Source: a virus
Taxonomy: Duplodnaviria; Caudoviricetes
Strand: one strand, 5' to 3'
DNA: 33,177 bases
Virus record (IMG/VR): IMGVR_UViG_3300010005_000037
Span: 1 to 33,177 of that record
Within the stretch, counting starts at the first letter, position 1. Every line of letters starts with the position of its first letter. The position numbers and the translations under genes are program-made. The notes under the pieces are model-generated. The model searched no databases and was not told the origin of the DNA. It saw only the letters and a list, made by a program, of their open reading frames with translations. Of the stretch, positions 6,977 to 18,371 are shown piece after piece.

Positions 6977-7186
6977 ATGGACTCCGCAGGGAAAAAGAGG
7001 ATCGTTCCGGCTAGGCCGAGGGTCTGGGAAGATCCGCGTTACAGCGGCTTTGGTGCGCTGATCGGGCTTCTGATTTTTGGCGTTCTCACCTACGCCGTCG
7101 TCACTACGTTCATTGCCCCGAGGGGCGGGACGGATGAAAAATGCTGGAACAACGGCGGCCGGTCCGACGATACCTACAACTGCTAG
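6977..7186 (+). CDS. Small single-TM protein with C-terminal Cys pair, antisense to the late operon; start uncertain
   Basis: TM FGALIGLLIFGVLTYAVVTTFIA. Fills the intergenic gap; stop overlaps the convergent stop in CTAG at 7183-7186. Confidence 0.5.
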   Translation: MDSAGKKRIVPARPRVWEDPRYSGFGALIGLLIFGVLTYAVVTTFIAPRGGTDEKCWNNGGRSDDTYNC

Positions 7187-10100
7187 TTCGCGACCGCGTT
7201 CTTCAGCATCGGCTTCAGGCCATGCTGATCCAGGCCGAAGCCACCTTCGATAATCCACCGCCAATACGGCAGCGTCGCAAACGGCGTCATGCCGATCGCC
7301 CGGTTGATGTCCGCATCCTTGATGTCGAGGTCGCCGTGCGTAGCGCGCGCGCCGATCCCCAGCAGTTGAGCGGCATCGGTTCCAAGCTGGAATGTCGGGC
7401 CGAGAAGAGCCCCGAACGCGTCGCGGTTGGCGTAGCGCGAGGCCGGCGCCCGCTGGCTTCGATTGGGGAAGGCCATGCCGGCGACTGAGTAGATGCCGGA
7501 ACCACCCAATTTTTCCCAGGTATTGTTGACCTCAAACGCGAGCTGGAAAATGCCAGAACGGTCAATGCCTTCAGCGATCCAGCGCCCCGGGTTGTCGTTC
7601 AACTCCCGGTTCGATTCCACCTGTTTTGCGTAGAATGTCAGCGCGCCGAGGGCGCTCATCCCCACCACACCGCTTATGAAGGAGCCCGGGCCTTCCTGAA
7701 GGCCCCGCATCAGCACCCTTTGGTTTGACGCCATCGCGAAGCTCTTGAACTGCAGAAGAGCCTTGCCGGTCGGCGTATGGGCGAATAGCGGCACATCGGC
7801 CACGGACTTGGTGACGATGATGCTGTCCACGTCCTTGTTGACGGCAGCGGCGAAGGCACGGCGCGCCCCCTCATCTGTCCAGTTCGCAAGACCCGGAATG
7901 TGAACGTTGCCGTCAACCTCGCCGAACTCGGCAAACTGTTTCGCCACCCGTTCGGCCATGTGAGCATCTATCCCGAGGAAGCCCATGTATTTTAGCTCGG
8001 CCGGAGCGAGTTGTTCATAATCCACCGCGGCGTTTTTCAGCAGTCGGTTTTGCACCAGGACCGATGCGATGGACTTGTGCATGTCGTTCCAGAACGGCAG
8101 CAGCGTCATCTTCGAAAACAGGTTTGCCGCATTGTCCACGAACCGCTCAAACGGAGAGTGACTGGCATATGGGTCGGCCAGTTCCGCCATCGTCGCCATG
8201 CGCGATTGCAGCGAACGCTCAGTCACGGCGCCGAGAAGCTTGGCATCCTCAACCGCCAGCTTGACCGCTTTTAGGTTGGTGACGAGCGGCGCTATTCCCT
8301 CGCTCATGTAGCGCATCATGCCGTGCACCATCGGCGGCCGGGCGGCATCCGAAAGGGATGAGACCAGCACGCCACCGAGAGAACGCATGTAGTTGAAGAC
8401 GCCTGCCATGCGCAGCACTCGGGCATAGTTGGTGTGCTGGCTTTCGACCTTGTACTGCCCGCGCAGCAAGTCGCGCACGCTGCCCAGGTCTTCGATGTCG
8501 CTTTTCTCGCTTTTGGCCAGGCTCTTCAGCCATTTTTCCCGGGCGGTCGGGTCGACCAGATCAGGGTTGGCGTTCACGGCCTCGCGCATGCGCAAATAGT
8601 CCTGCTGCACGCGCTCTATCTGGCTGGCCAGCGTTGGCTTGCCGGCGCCGCCGTTGCGCCGATCCATGTTGGCCAGTTCGACGTCAGCCGCCATTACGCG
8701 GGCATAGCGCCGGCCGATCAGCTCAATGTCGTGTTCAAGGAATTCCTCGATGAGGTGGTCGGGAATGTTGAAGGTGCGTTCCTTCAGCGGCCCGCGCGAC
8801 GACATCGTCATATCGTAGGACGGCATGCCCTGGTTGGCGCGGCCGGTGAGTTGCGAGAAGATATCGTCAACGATGCTTTTGACATAGTCGGCCCGGTCTG
8901 CCGGCGAGACGAATTCCGGGATTTCCTGCTTCACCTTTGGCATCATCGGTTCGAGCTTGTCAGCCTTGACCTTCAGCCCTTCAATGCCGGCGCGCATGCG
9001 ATCCAGTTCGATTGTCTTGGCGGCGAGTTCAGCCAGGATTTCGTCATTCGCGCCACCCTCAGCATCGAGACGCTTAAGTGCTTCGACGCGCTTCGATAGG
9101 CTGCGTTCCTTCAGCTTGGACTTGAACAGGTCGCGTTTCGTCGTGCCGTAATCCACCACGAGCGCGATACGCGGCGAGGTGTTGGCGAGGTCGCGCACGC
9201 CCTCCAACTCAGTCTCGAGGTTTTGCAATTCCTCGCCCAGCGTCTTAGCTTCGGCGCCGGTAATCTTGCTCTCATTGACAATGGAATCGGTCAGCCGGTC
9301 GAACTGCTCAATCTCCTGTTCAACGCGGGAAATTCGCGTGTCGATGCCAGCCGTGTTCTTTTCGGCGCCAGTGACGCGGGAGATGAAGTCGCGGACGTCC
9401 TTGACCGACGCATCAGGAGCGAGCCCGACGCGGTCCAACCACTCAGCCGCCACTTTGTCCAAATTGTCGAGCGCCGCAGTGACCGCCTCTTCATCGGCCG
9501 AGCGCAACGGGTTGCCGGCCAGTTCCGAGCGGATGGCGTCCATAACCGCGCCCGGCTCAACGTAGCCGTTTCCATCCTGCGGCAGGTTGGCGAAAATCTC
9601 GTCTTCGGCTTGGACGAAGTTGTCGACATCGCCAAGGCCACCTTTTTTAACGAACATGCCCGGGTGCGTCTTTGGCGTCACTCCCATCGCCCGCAGCTCA
9701 TAGTCGAGCTTGGAGCCGACGCGCGCCCCGCCCTTTGCCTTGAGGATGGCCAAGACCGGCGAGCGTTCGGCGAAGGTCTGCTTTCGGTTCGCCGAACGCT
9801 CGGCCGCCCTCGCCTGCTTCACCGTGTCGACCATGACGGCGTTTTCATCGGCACCGCGCAGCATCTTGACCACTTCGGCCGGCGCACGCTCTTTCAGCAC
9901 ATCGAGCCTGGTTTGCTGCAACTGGCCGAGGTCCGAAACCTTGCGCTCGCGAATGCCGCGCCGATCGGCCAGCCTGCTTTCGATGCTGTCCAGCCGGTCG
10001 GATACCTTGCCAAAGGCTTCGCGCTTTTTCTCCGTATCGACAATCTTGTTGCCCACTCGGATCTCGTCAGCCTTGAATTCCAACTGCGCGAGCTGGTCAT

Positions 10101-11394
10101 CGATCCATGGTCGAACGATTTGCTTGAAACGGTCCTCGCCGGCATTGAGCCGGTTAGAGTTCCACAGCCGGGTCAGGTAGGACGTTGCCGTCTTGACGTT
10201 CACGTCGGCCGGCAGGAGCCCCGCCTTGATGGCTTCATCCTTCAACGGGTCGAAAAGCGTCTGACGCCATGAAGCCGCCGCCTTCGAAACCGCTTCATGG
10301 TCCCCGACATCGCCCCGACGCATCGCATAGCTGACAGCGGTTCGAAACTCATCGCGCGTCATGTCCAGGCCGCCACTGGCGCGGGCCTGGTTGTAGATCG
10401 AATGCATGTCATCAAGGCCCTTCGTCAGGGCGCCGCGATCCCAATACTTGACCGCGCTTTCGACAGCGAGATTGCCTTCACCGCGGACGTTCCTTTCGAG
10501 GTAATAGCCAGTCTCGGCCAGGTCAGCCATGCCGGCGCGATGCACGGCAGAGGGGCTATGCGCGGCGCGCAACAGCGGGTTCATGCCGGATTGCATCGCC
10601 CCAACGGTCTTGCCGCCAGCGGCGATATCATAGTCCCCGAGCACCGGCCCCTCGACCGCCTGGGCGCCCGCGCCGACAGCTTCGGCATGTGCGGCAACTT
10701 CATCCGGCGTCGGCACATGTTCCTTGAGCGCGCGTTCGATCGACGCAAACGCCGCTTTGCGTTCAGCGTGGGAAAACAGCGCCCCGGCGCCCGAACCCAG
10801 CAGCCCGCCAAGAACGAAGCCGCCACCCACTGCCATGGCGCTTTCAGCAAGAGGGCGGGTCTGCTGTGTAGCCTGCAATGCCGCTTCGGACACGCCGGCA
10901 CTGAGGCCACCGGCAAGAGCAGTCCGCAGCCCCGTCTGTAGGGCGGCGCGGCCGACACGCACCCCGGACACCAACTCACCGCCGGGGATCAGCGAAGGAA
11001 CGTCCACGACGCCGGCCACGCCGGAGGTCAACGTTCCGAGCCAGCCAGCGGAATCAATCGTGCGCCTGTCTTCGTCCTCCATGTCGATTTGCGATTTCAT
11101 CGCTTCGAGGCCTGGGCGATTGAAAATCGGCATGAAGCGGTCCGACCGGCTTTCGTACTTGGTCCCCTTGATCGATTCCCAAATTTCATCGCCGGTCAGC
11201 CCATCGCGCTTAGACAGGTCGACCCCCGCGAGCTTGTTCGAGGACATCGAGCCGATGGTGTTGTCTTGCCGCCAGCTCGCCCCCAACAGCGTGGCGATAT
11301 CCGGCGAGGTTTCGGCCTCTTGAGGTGCGGCCTGGTTCGCATCGGAAAACGAACCGAGCGCGGGGCGGTCTTCGGGATACAGGACGATCGGCAT
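7183..11394 (-). CDS. Large internal virion (DNA ejection) protein, 1403 aa
   Basis: Size, helical composition, Gly/Ala-rich hydrophobic N-terminal segment. Third of three coupled ORFs after the tail tubular genes. Confidence 0.75.
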   Translation of the reverse strand: MPIVLYPEDRPALGSFSDANQAAPQEAETSPDIATLLGASWRQDNTIGSMSSNKLAGVDLSKRDGLTGDEIWESIKGTKYESRSDRFMPIFNRPGLEAMKSQIDMEDEDRRTIDSAGWLGTLTSGVAGVVDVPSLIPGGELVSGVRVGRAALQTGLRTALAGGLSAGVSEAALQATQQTRPLAESAMAVGGGFVLGGLLGSGAGALFSHAERKAAFASIERALKEHVPTPDEVAAHAEAVGAGAQAVEGPVLGDYDIAAGGKTVGAMQSGMNPLLRAAHSPSAVHRAGMADLAETGYYLERNVRGEGNLAVESAVKYWDRGALTKGLDDMHSIYNQARASGGLDMTRDEFRTAVSYAMRRGDVGDHEAVSKAAASWRQTLFDPLKDEAIKAGLLPADVNVKTATSYLTRLWNSNRLNAGEDRFKQIVRPWIDDQLAQLEFKADEIRVGNKIVDTEKKREAFGKVSDRLDSIESRLADRRGIRERKVSDLGQLQQTRLDVLKERAPAEVVKMLRGADENAVMVDTVKQARAAERSANRKQTFAERSPVLAILKAKGGARVGSKLDYELRAMGVTPKTHPGMFVKKGGLGDVDNFVQAEDEIFANLPQDGNGYVEPGAVMDAIRSELAGNPLRSADEEAVTAALDNLDKVAAEWLDRVGLAPDASVKDVRDFISRVTGAEKNTAGIDTRISRVEQEIEQFDRLTDSIVNESKITGAEAKTLGEELQNLETELEGVRDLANTSPRIALVVDYGTTKRDLFKSKLKERSLSKRVEALKRLDAEGGANDEILAELAAKTIELDRMRAGIEGLKVKADKLEPMMPKVKQEIPEFVSPADRADYVKSIVDDIFSQLTGRANQGMPSYDMTMSSRGPLKERTFNIPDHLIEEFLEHDIELIGRRYARVMAADVELANMDRRNGGAGKPTLASQIERVQQDYLRMREAVNANPDLVDPTAREKWLKSLAKSEKSDIEDLGSVRDLLRGQYKVESQHTNYARVLRMAGVFNYMRSLGGVLVSSLSDAARPPMVHGMMRYMSEGIAPLVTNLKAVKLAVEDAKLLGAVTERSLQSRMATMAELADPYASHSPFERFVDNAANLFSKMTLLPFWNDMHKSIASVLVQNRLLKNAAVDYEQLAPAELKYMGFLGIDAHMAERVAKQFAEFGEVDGNVHIPGLANWTDEGARRAFAAAVNKDVDSIIVTKSVADVPLFAHTPTGKALLQFKSFAMASNQRVLMRGLQEGPGSFISGVVGMSALGALTFYAKQVESNRELNDNPGRWIAEGIDRSGIFQLAFEVNNTWEKLGGSGIYSVAGMAFPNRSQRAPASRYANRDAFGALLGPTFQLGTDAAQLLGIGARATHGDLDIKDADINRAIGMTPFATLPYWRWIIEGGFGLDQHGLKPMLKNAVAN

Positions 11395-14300
11395 CAGAAC
11401 TTACCTCCCGACGTCGTGCCAAAGCCTGTCTTCTGGCTTCCGTCGTATGTGCTGGTACCCTGATCCCTCGCCCGCTGCTCTTCCGGCGACAGCGGGGGCG
11501 TCTCGGCTGCTGGCGTGTTCTCCTGCCGGTAGATATCGGCGTTCAGGTTGCCGGCGCCGATCGTGGCTTCGGAGTTGAGAGCCTTGATGAAGTCCTGGGT
11601 ATTCGGGTCAGCATTGATGGCCTTCGCCTTGGCGACGGCTGCGTCTTCAATGTCGTTGGCCTTGCCTTCGACCACATGGCCGGCGAGGTAGCGACGCTTG
11701 TCCTTCTTGGCGCTCTTGGCCACCGCGATATTGAGCGTCTTGGGCTCGATGCCCCACGGCCCTGCGAAAACCTCATCGAACCTGGTCTGTCCGCCTTCCG
11801 TGTAGGTATAGAACAGGCGATAGCGCGGCGGGCGCTTCATTTCGATATCTGCCCGCGTGTTCTCGTTCGGAATAATGGCGATGTTCTCGACCTTGCGGCC
11901 ATCATGGAGCCCGGCGACATAGTCTTCCGCCGTCTTCATGGCGTCTTCGCGCAGGTAGTCCAGCTTGCCGTCCACCAGCGGATAATGCAGTTCGGGCGGC
12001 AGGCGCATCAGGTTCGGCGAGCCGGATATGTTGCTGACATTCCAACGAGTTTTCATCTCGGCCAACGCTTGCGCCTTCGCTGCGCCTGCGTCGCCGCCGG
12101 TGTCATAAAACTTCTCTTCGGCGATTTCCTTATACTCGGCCAGGAGCGCACTCGACTGAAGCGAGATGATGCCGGCGCCGGGCTCGGATGAGAAGATGCC
12201 AGGGTCAAACTCATTGGTGACGTCGGCCACGGACAGGGTCTTGGTGAATTTCTCCAGGCCCGGCTTCAGGACTTCCCGGTTCACCTTCTGCGCCGGGTCA
12301 TCCATCGCCATGATGCGCCGCGACGCGTCTTCCCCCGACATGCCCCGATCATTGACGAAGTGCCGGAACGTGGCGAGCTTATCGCGAATATCGGCCGCAC
12401 CCTCGACCGCGCCGAAGGAGACGGGCGCAACGGTCTGCAGGGCATCAGCCTGGGACATCGCCGCCGCAAAAACGGCCGGGTCTTTCGACGCCGCTCCCTG
12501 CCGCACCTGGGCCTGTAGCGTATCAGGGATGTAGCCTGTGGCCTTGACGAACCCTTGTGTGACGATCGACTGCTGATCTTCGGGCGTGAGCTTCATCATG
12601 GCGTCATAGGTCTTGTTGCCAAGGGCCTTCTGATCACCGTCATAGCTGTTCACGGCAGCGGCAGGGCTACCCGAGAGGATGGCCTGAATTTTCTCGCTGA
12701 CCCCGCCGTCCTCCTTCTGCTTGGCCCGGAGCGCCTTCAACTGCTTGGTGATGTCGCCGTCATCCAGCACCGCGTCGCTCAGGATCTGATCTTCGCTGAC
12801 AATCTTGCCCGTCTCGATCCCGAGCCCGATGGCGTCGTCATAGGCCTTGTACTGCGCCTGCTGCTGGACGCGCGCAGCGGTCGCTTCGGTCTGGATATCC
12901 TTTTGCGCGCTCTTCGCCACGGTGTCGCGGGTGACATAATCCATGTCGGCAAAACGTGGGTCGACCTTGAAGCCAGCCCCGCCGCGTTGGCCGAGCGGCA
13001 CAGACTTTCCGGCCATGTGCGCGTCGATCGCGGTGCGCGCCCAGGTCGGCACGCTCTCCGAGTGATGCGACGCACCCCAGGCGCGGCGCGCACCGATATC
13101 AAGATGGATCGAGTTGGCGTAAACGCCGATGCCGGTGAAGCCGAGCGACGACGCGGTCTGGATCAGTCGGACCCTATCCTCGGTCGACATGTTGCTGACA
13201 TCGAGGTCCAGCGCGTTGCCGTGCATGTGTTCGGATTGCTTGGCCCCGCCAGCGCGCGCGTTGCGCTCAGGATCACGGAACCCCGAGACGATCGGCACGG
13301 AGGCGCCAAACGCGTTCTGCACCTGCTTGAAGCGGTTGATGACGACGCTGTTGACGCCTTTGACGTCCGGGCTTCCGACGCGCCCGGCCTGGTTGCCGAT
13401 GATGATTGGCTGATCCTTGCCGCCGTACTGCTTGGCCTGCGCATTGTGAAGGTCTTGCGCATAGGCCGTCGCATCATCGGCGTTGTCGAACTTACCCAGG
13501 TGCTTGCCGGTCTTGTGATAGAGCGCAATGGCCTCTTCATCGCTCAAGACCTTGCCGTCGTCCGACACGGTTGGGATGAGGATTTCCTTGCCATCCTCTT
13601 CGAACGACATCGAGCGGACGGTTGAAATGGTGCCGTCGGCGTTCTTGACCACCGGTCGGGCGTTCAGATCGATATTGCCGGGCTCCTGAAGGCCACGAGG
13701 CGCCGACTGGACGCCGCCGTCGCTGGCGCTGCCATGAACACGAGCCAGTACCTTCTTGTAGTAGTCCGCCGATTCCTTGGGAATGACGCTGTCATTGCGT
13801 CCGCTGGCAATCCATTTGTCAGCCCGATCGGCACCACCATTGTAGGCGATGAGCGCTGCTTCTTGATCGCCGTCATACCGGGCAAGCATTTTGTTATAAT
13901 AGAACGTGCCGTATTTCTCCGAGACATCAGGGTCTTTCAGGTACTCAGCCTGTGCAGCGGGGTCTTTCGGAAAGTTCGGGTCTTGCAGCTCGCCGGCAAT
14001 CTCCACCGCCGTACCAGGCATCACCTGCATGAGGCCGATGGCGCCCTTGTTCGAAACCGCGCTGGCGTCGCCTTCGCTTTCAACGCCCTTCATTGCGTTG
14101 ATGATGTCGTCATTGCCGGGAGCCTCACCAAGCGCGCGCAACCGCTCTTCCGGCTTCATGCCGTTCAAGGCGGCCATCTGTGCCTTCGCCTTCCAGCCGC
14201 GGCGCAGAGCATCCTTCTCGATCGGGTTTACGTCCGTGTCCGGGATGGCGTCGATGTAGTTGTTGCCCTCGAAGACCGCGTCGTCAAACTTCGACGGATC

Positions 14301-14813
14301 GCTGTAGAGACGGCTTTCGATAGCCGTCAGGCCTTCATCGATGTTGGTCTTGTAATAGGCCTTGCGTTGCTTCCGCTCGAAGTCGCTGGCGCCGCCCTCC
14401 CCGTTGACGAGGTTTTCTTCGGTGCTGAAAAGCTTCGCGTCATAGACCGGCTTCAACTCGGCCGGCACCGACTGCATGAACTGCTTCGCGGCTTCCTTGT
14501 AGTTGCCCTGAAATTGTTCCTTGAAGCCGAACGCGCCCGGCTCCGCCTTGTCGCCGGCAGCGGTCAGCGCTTGAGCCTGGGCCGATTTGAACTGCTGATA
14601 GCGCGTTTCGGTCTCGAAAAGCTGTGTCTTGTCGACGGTCTCTTTCGCCTGTGTCTCGCGAACCTTCAGACCGTTAGCCAGGGACTGCGCCCCAGCCCCG
14701 AGTTGGACTGCGCCCCGGCCGATGGCGGACGTGTCAATGGTCGCGATAGGCCGGCCTGAGCGCCCGCTTACCGGCGCGCTCAGATCCTCGGCACCAGGCA
14801 GTTTCAACGGCAT
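11394..14813 (-). CDS. Internal virion (ejection) protein with lytic transglycosylase and M15-type peptidase domains, 1139 aa
   Basis: SLT motifs [23 protein letters not shown]15/YcbK motifs [30 protein letters not shown]. Confidence 0.88.
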   Translation of the reverse strand: MPLKLPGAEDLSAPVSGRSGRPIATIDTSAIGRGAVQLGAGAQSLANGLKVRETQAKETVDKTQLFETETRYQQFKSAQAQALTAAGDKAEPGAFGFKEQFQGNYKEAAKQFMQSVPAELKPVYDAKLFSTEENLVNGEGGASDFERKQRKAYYKTNIDEGLTAIESRLYSDPSKFDDAVFEGNNYIDAIPDTDVNPIEKDALRRGWKAKAQMAALNGMKPEERLRALGEAPGNDDIINAMKGVESEGDASAVSNKGAIGLMQVMPGTAVEIAGELQDPNFPKDPAAQAEYLKDPDVSEKYGTFYYNKMLARYDGDQEAALIAYNGGADRADKWIASGRNDSVIPKESADYYKKVLARVHGSASDGGVQSAPRGLQEPGNIDLNARPVVKNADGTISTVRSMSFEEDGKEILIPTVSDDGKVLSDEEAIALYHKTGKHLGKFDNADDATAYAQDLHNAQAKQYGGKDQPIIIGNQAGRVGSPDVKGVNSVVINRFKQVQNAFGASVPIVSGFRDPERNARAGGAKQSEHMHGNALDLDVSNMSTEDRVRLIQTASSLGFTGIGVYANSIHLDIGARRAWGASHHSESVPTWARTAIDAHMAGKSVPLGQRGGAGFKVDPRFADMDYVTRDTVAKSAQKDIQTEATAARVQQQAQYKAYDDAIGLGIETGKIVSEDQILSDAVLDDGDITKQLKALRAKQKEDGGVSEKIQAILSGSPAAAVNSYDGDQKALGNKTYDAMMKLTPEDQQSIVTQGFVKATGYIPDTLQAQVRQGAASKDPAVFAAAMSQADALQTVAPVSFGAVEGAADIRDKLATFRHFVNDRGMSGEDASRRIMAMDDPAQKVNREVLKPGLEKFTKTLSVADVTNEFDPGIFSSEPGAGIISLQSSALLAEYKEIAEEKFYDTGGDAGAAKAQALAEMKTRWNVSNISGSPNLMRLPPELHYPLVDGKLDYLREDAMKTAEDYVAGLHDGRKVENIAIIPNENTRADIEMKRPPRYRLFYTYTEGGQTRFDEVFAGPWGIEPKTLNIAVAKSAKKDKRRYLAGHVVEGKANDIEDAAVAKAKAINADPNTQDFIKALNSEATIGAGNLNADIYRQENTPAAETPPLSPEEQRARDQGTSTYDGSQKTGFGTTSGGKF

Positions 14814-15310
14814 CAGTAATAATTCCCCGAGCTAGGCGCCGCATAAGCGGGCTGTTTCCAGTCCTTCGCAAAGGAGCCGATGCCGTCCATGAGCGTTCCG
14901 GCTGCGCCGAAGTAGGAGCCGGTTTGCGCAGCCTTGCCTTCCATCTGCGCAGCGACAGCTTGCGCCCGGCGGCCCTTGGCGCGCTCCTCGCCGCCATAAA
15001 GGATCATTCCCTTGTTGACTTCACCCTGGGTGATGACGTCGCCGGCAAGGCTTTGGACGGTCTCATCGAGCGCCCCGAGGCCGGACGCGCCAGCCACGGC
15101 CTGTTGCCGCGAGATGACGAAGTCCTTCTCCTTCTTGGCGCGCTCCGCCTCCCGCTGGGCCGCAGCAGTCTCTTCCTGGGCCTGCTGCTTGAGCTGGGCG
15201 GCTTGGAAGTCCGCAGCACTCTTCTGGGCAGCGCCGGCCGCCAAGGTGCCAGCGGCGGAAACCGCCGTGCCGACGAGGCCGAGGACCGCACTTAGTCCGA
15301 AATCTGCCAT
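14813..15310 (-). CDS. Small internal virion (ejection) protein
   Basis: Hydrophobic Gly/Ala N-terminus and Gln/Ala-rich helix, in the position of T7 gp14-like proteins. Confidence 0.7.
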   Translation of the reverse strand: MADFGLSAVLGLVGTAVSAAGTLAAGAAQKSAADFQAAQLKQQAQEETAAAQREAERAKKEKDFVISRQQAVAGASGLGALDETVQSLAGDVITQGEVNKGMILYGGEERAKGRRAQAVAAQMEGKAAQTGSYFGAAGTLMDGIGSFAKDWKQPAYAAPSSGNYY

Positions 15311-15651
15311 GTCCAGATATCTCCATCGTCAGGCTTGAACCCGAGGCGCGCGAGCCATTTTGCCGAGGTCTTTTCGTCCCGGTCGCAGAGCGCAATAATC
15401 CGCTTGTGCCGGGTCTTTGCTTCGTTGATGAGGGAAAGCGCCGTGCGGTGGATGGCATGCCGGTATGGCCGCGCCTCATCCTTCAGGGAGCAAAACGCGA
15501 TGACGTTGCCCCCCGAGAACCAGAAGCCGGCGACCGCCGCCAGTTTGCCGTCGACCAAGCCCGCGATGCCGCGCACCGTCGGGCCGTGGCCCTTGTCCCC
15601 ATACCATTCGATTAGGTGATCTCGCGTCAGCGGAACAACTTCGTGAGCCAT
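15292..15651 (-). CDS. GNAT-fold-like virion assembly protein
   Basis: ATG 15651 overlaps the upstream TGA. SAKWLARLGF motif. Lies between the nozzle and ejection genes. Confidence 0.65.
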   Translation of the reverse strand: MAHEVVPLTRDHLIEWYGDKGHGPTVRGIAGLVDGKLAAVAGFWFSGGNVIAFCSLKDEARPYRHAIHRTALSLINEAKTRHKRIIALCDRDEKTSAKWLARLGFKPDDGDIWTWQISD

Positions 15652-18371
15652 CAGACTTTGTCGTTTGTCTCGACCGTGATCACCGCTGCATTGAGCATGC
15701 AGGGTTTCGGCGCCGTGGCACGGATGCACAGGCGGCTGTCAGGCTTCCATTCACCCCCGAACGTCGTTGCGGGCTCTTCGTAGTCGGTGAAGATTTCGTC
15801 TGCCCCCACCGGCCGGCCTTGGTACAGCCGTGGCAGCTTGTCCATGTTGTTGAAGTCGCGGCCCACCTCGATACCGTCGTTGTGGACGCGGCCCATGATC
15901 AGGCCGACATAATTGACCCGCTTGATTTGGCTCAACGCCGTGCCGGCCGACGCCGCATAGGCCAGCTTGGTCGACCGGTACAGGGCTGTGTAAGGCAAGC
16001 CAACCATGACGTCAGCGGCAGCGACAGGCGCGGTGAGCGTGATCGAGCCTCCCGAGACAGTGTAAGGGCCAAGATACTTCCCAGCCGCCCAGGCGACCAC
16101 GCCAAGCCCGTTCAGGTGCGAAAGACCGGTGACGCTGGTTCCTGTCACCGACGGCACCACAATGAATGCATCGGCTTGCTTGTTCATCGTGCCGCCGAGG
16201 CAATCGGATTCGAGCGCCATCTTTTCCAGATAGCGAACGGTTGACGCGCTGACTGTCCGACGCACCCGGTAATAGACGAAGTCTTCATCTTCGCCGGGAA
16301 GCACTGACACGCCCTCGACAAAGCCGCTGCCGCCCAGCCTGATCCTTGACCAGCACGTCACGTCCTCCGACGGCTCATAGGTCAGCAGGACCACCGTGCC
16401 GTCATCAAGCCACACATGAATACGGCTGTCAGGCTGGCGCTGTATCGCCATGCCGACCACGTTTGCCGAGCCGGTCAGATCGGGGCAAAGCAGCGTCAGG
16501 TCGCGCGGCGAATACTCATAGGTGTTCGGGTCAAAGATGAGCTCGAAAAGACGCTTGCCCGACCGCTGCGCAAAAATGCCTCGCCCGTCGATCTTGACTG
16601 CAGCCACCCCTTGCCGGGAGCCTTGGGTTGAAGGAGCGCCCGCCTGGGCATTCTGTGGCGTCAGCGGTTCATCGAAAGAGGAGGATTTGATAGAGAACTC
16701 TGCACCAGGCGTGCCGATGATCGGCCGCGACAGAGAGAGCATGAAATTGATGGTGTCGACCGGGCCGGAACCCAGCGTGCGGTTGATTGGCGCCGCATCG
16801 CCTTCAAAGTCCGGGTCGAAGTTTTCGTAATCGTCCGACACCGAGAAAATGAAACGCGACTTCCCCGCCCATCCCAGCCGCCCCTTGTCGAAGGCCACAG
16901 CGCCAGGCCAACCCTGCTTGTCCGACCAGATGCCTTCCTGCCAGTTGTCAGTGAATTCCACGCCGTTGAAGCGGTCAAGCACCTCGACCACAGCTTCAGT
17001 CGCCGAGTTGATGGACAGAACGCGGCACACGCCATAGCCGCCGCTGCCGTCATAGTTGACCGCAATAACCGCCGTGCCTGACGTGTATGCGCCGCCCTCG
17101 AAGCCGAAACGGTAATAGATGATCGAGTTGCTATCATCGTCCCCGTTCTGTGTCGGGCCTTCATTGGCAGTGATGTCTTCGTTGACGGAGCCCTTCGCCT
17201 TGCGAAATCGCTTGTAGCCCGATTCCGGGCCATCGCTCGACCGGTACCACCGCAAAGTCCCGGACCACGTCCCCGATAGGGTCCATGTCCAGTCGCGGTC
17301 GCTATAGCTTCCGTTGTTGACGCCCGTAACCCGGAACGGCTCAGTAAACGCTTCGGCGGACCCAAGGCGATAAGTCTGGCGAACGCTCTCATTGAACAAC
17401 CGAAATAGAGCGCCAACATGGGTAGGCTTGAAGAATGGCAGATCGGACGTCAGCGTCGTGTTGCCGTTTGTCGCGCCAACCTTGAGCTTCACCTTGGCGG
17501 TTCGTCCGCTATAGAACGGGCCGTTGTCCGGCGCATAGCGCACGATCGACCAACTGTCAGTCGACCGACGCTCAATGCGCTGCTGCTGGTAGCCCTCGCA
17601 GGCGAGAAAGACCACATCGGCCGACTGGTCCCACCGCACATAGGGCAGATCGGCCGTTGCATAGGGGATATCCAGTTCCATCGTCCCCGAGGACGCGACT
17701 TGGCAAGACGCAACGATTTTGTCGATATCCAGATCGCTTTGAAATTGGATGTAGAAACTGCCCGTTGGAGTGAACGCCAGGCTATGTGCTCCTGTGCGAA
17801 GCACGGTTTCCGCGATGTATTCGTCACCGCCTGAAGTGGAGCCGCAGCGGAACGTCACCGGCCCGCGCGCTATCGCGATATTGAGTGCATGACGCTTGTT
17901 GGCGTCCCCGCCCGCGACCGTGATCTGGCGTCGGCAGAGCGCCAAGCCACCAATGTTTATCGCGTCCAGGACCAAGCCAGAGCCGCCAAAGGTCAGCGTG
18001 CCGCCGTTGGTCGACCCATCGGTCCACCCTGTCGACGTGGCAAAGTTGCTGTTCGATATCGTGGTGGACACGGAGACACGCGAGACCAGCGCATCGTTGA
18101 CGCGGACCCTCATCTTGCCATCGGCAAACTCAATCTGCGCCGTGTCGTCAGTGGCGGCGACGAAGGGGACATCGATGCCAAAGGCGTTGTTGCGGTTTGT
18201 CCCGATGAATTCAAAGCCGGGCCGCAGGAACATGGCGCCGGCTGTTTTAGGCAACCAGTTTTCCATGACGTCGGCGGACAGGCGGATGCGATCGACATCA
18301 ACGCGGGTCAGGGCCGAACTCGACACCAGCCCGCGGTTGAATGCCAGCAGCGGCGCATTGTTCTTCGCCAT
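15651..18371 (-). CDS. Tail tubular protein B (nozzle)
   Basis: 906 aa, beta-rich. FNRGLVS, QSADV, GWPGAVAF and VGLPY motifs; synteny. Confidence 0.85.
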   Translation of the reverse strand: MAKNNAPLLAFNRGLVSSSALTRVDVDRIRLSADVMENWLPKTAGAMFLRPGFEFIGTNRNNAFGIDVPFVAATDDTAQIEFADGKMRVRVNDALVSRVSVSTTISNSNFATSTGWTDGSTNGGTLTFGGSGLVLDAINIGGLALCRRQITVAGGDANKRHALNIAIARGPVTFRCGSTSGGDEYIAETVLRTGAHSLAFTPTGSFYIQFQSDLDIDKIVASCQVASSGTMELDIPYATADLPYVRWDQSADVVFLACEGYQQQRIERRSTDSWSIVRYAPDNGPFYSGRTAKVKLKVGATNGNTTLTSDLPFFKPTHVGALFRLFNESVRQTYRLGSAEAFTEPFRVTGVNNGSYSDRDWTWTLSGTWSGTLRWYRSSDGPESGYKRFRKAKGSVNEDITANEGPTQNGDDDSNSIIYYRFGFEGGAYTSGTAVIAVNYDGSGGYGVCRVLSINSATEAVVEVLDRFNGVEFTDNWQEGIWSDKQGWPGAVAFDKGRLGWAGKSRFIFSVSDDYENFDPDFEGDAAPINRTLGSGPVDTINFMLSLSRPIIGTPGAEFSIKSSSFDEPLTPQNAQAGAPSTQGSRQGVAAVKIDGRGIFAQRSGKRLFELIFDPNTYEYSPRDLTLLCPDLTGSANVVGMAIQRQPDSRIHVWLDDGTVVLLTYEPSEDVTCWSRIRLGGSGFVEGVSVLPGEDEDFVYYRVRRTVSASTVRYLEKMALESDCLGGTMNKQADAFIVVPSVTGTSVTGLSHLNGLGVVAWAAGKYLGPYTVSGGSITLTAPVAAADVMVGLPYTALYRSTKLAYAASAGTALSQIKRVNYVGLIMGRVHNDGIEVGRDFNNMDKLPRLYQGRPVGADEIFTDYEEPATTFGGEWKPDSRLCIRATAPKPCMLNAAVITVETNDKV

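Noticed and set aside
7078-7100. Minus-strand hairpin GGCGT-AGGTGAGA-ACGCC containing a TGAGAA a-like sequence upstream of the tail fibre
   Set aside because: No AGGAC b-site follows and it is ~110 nt from the start codon; likely chance.
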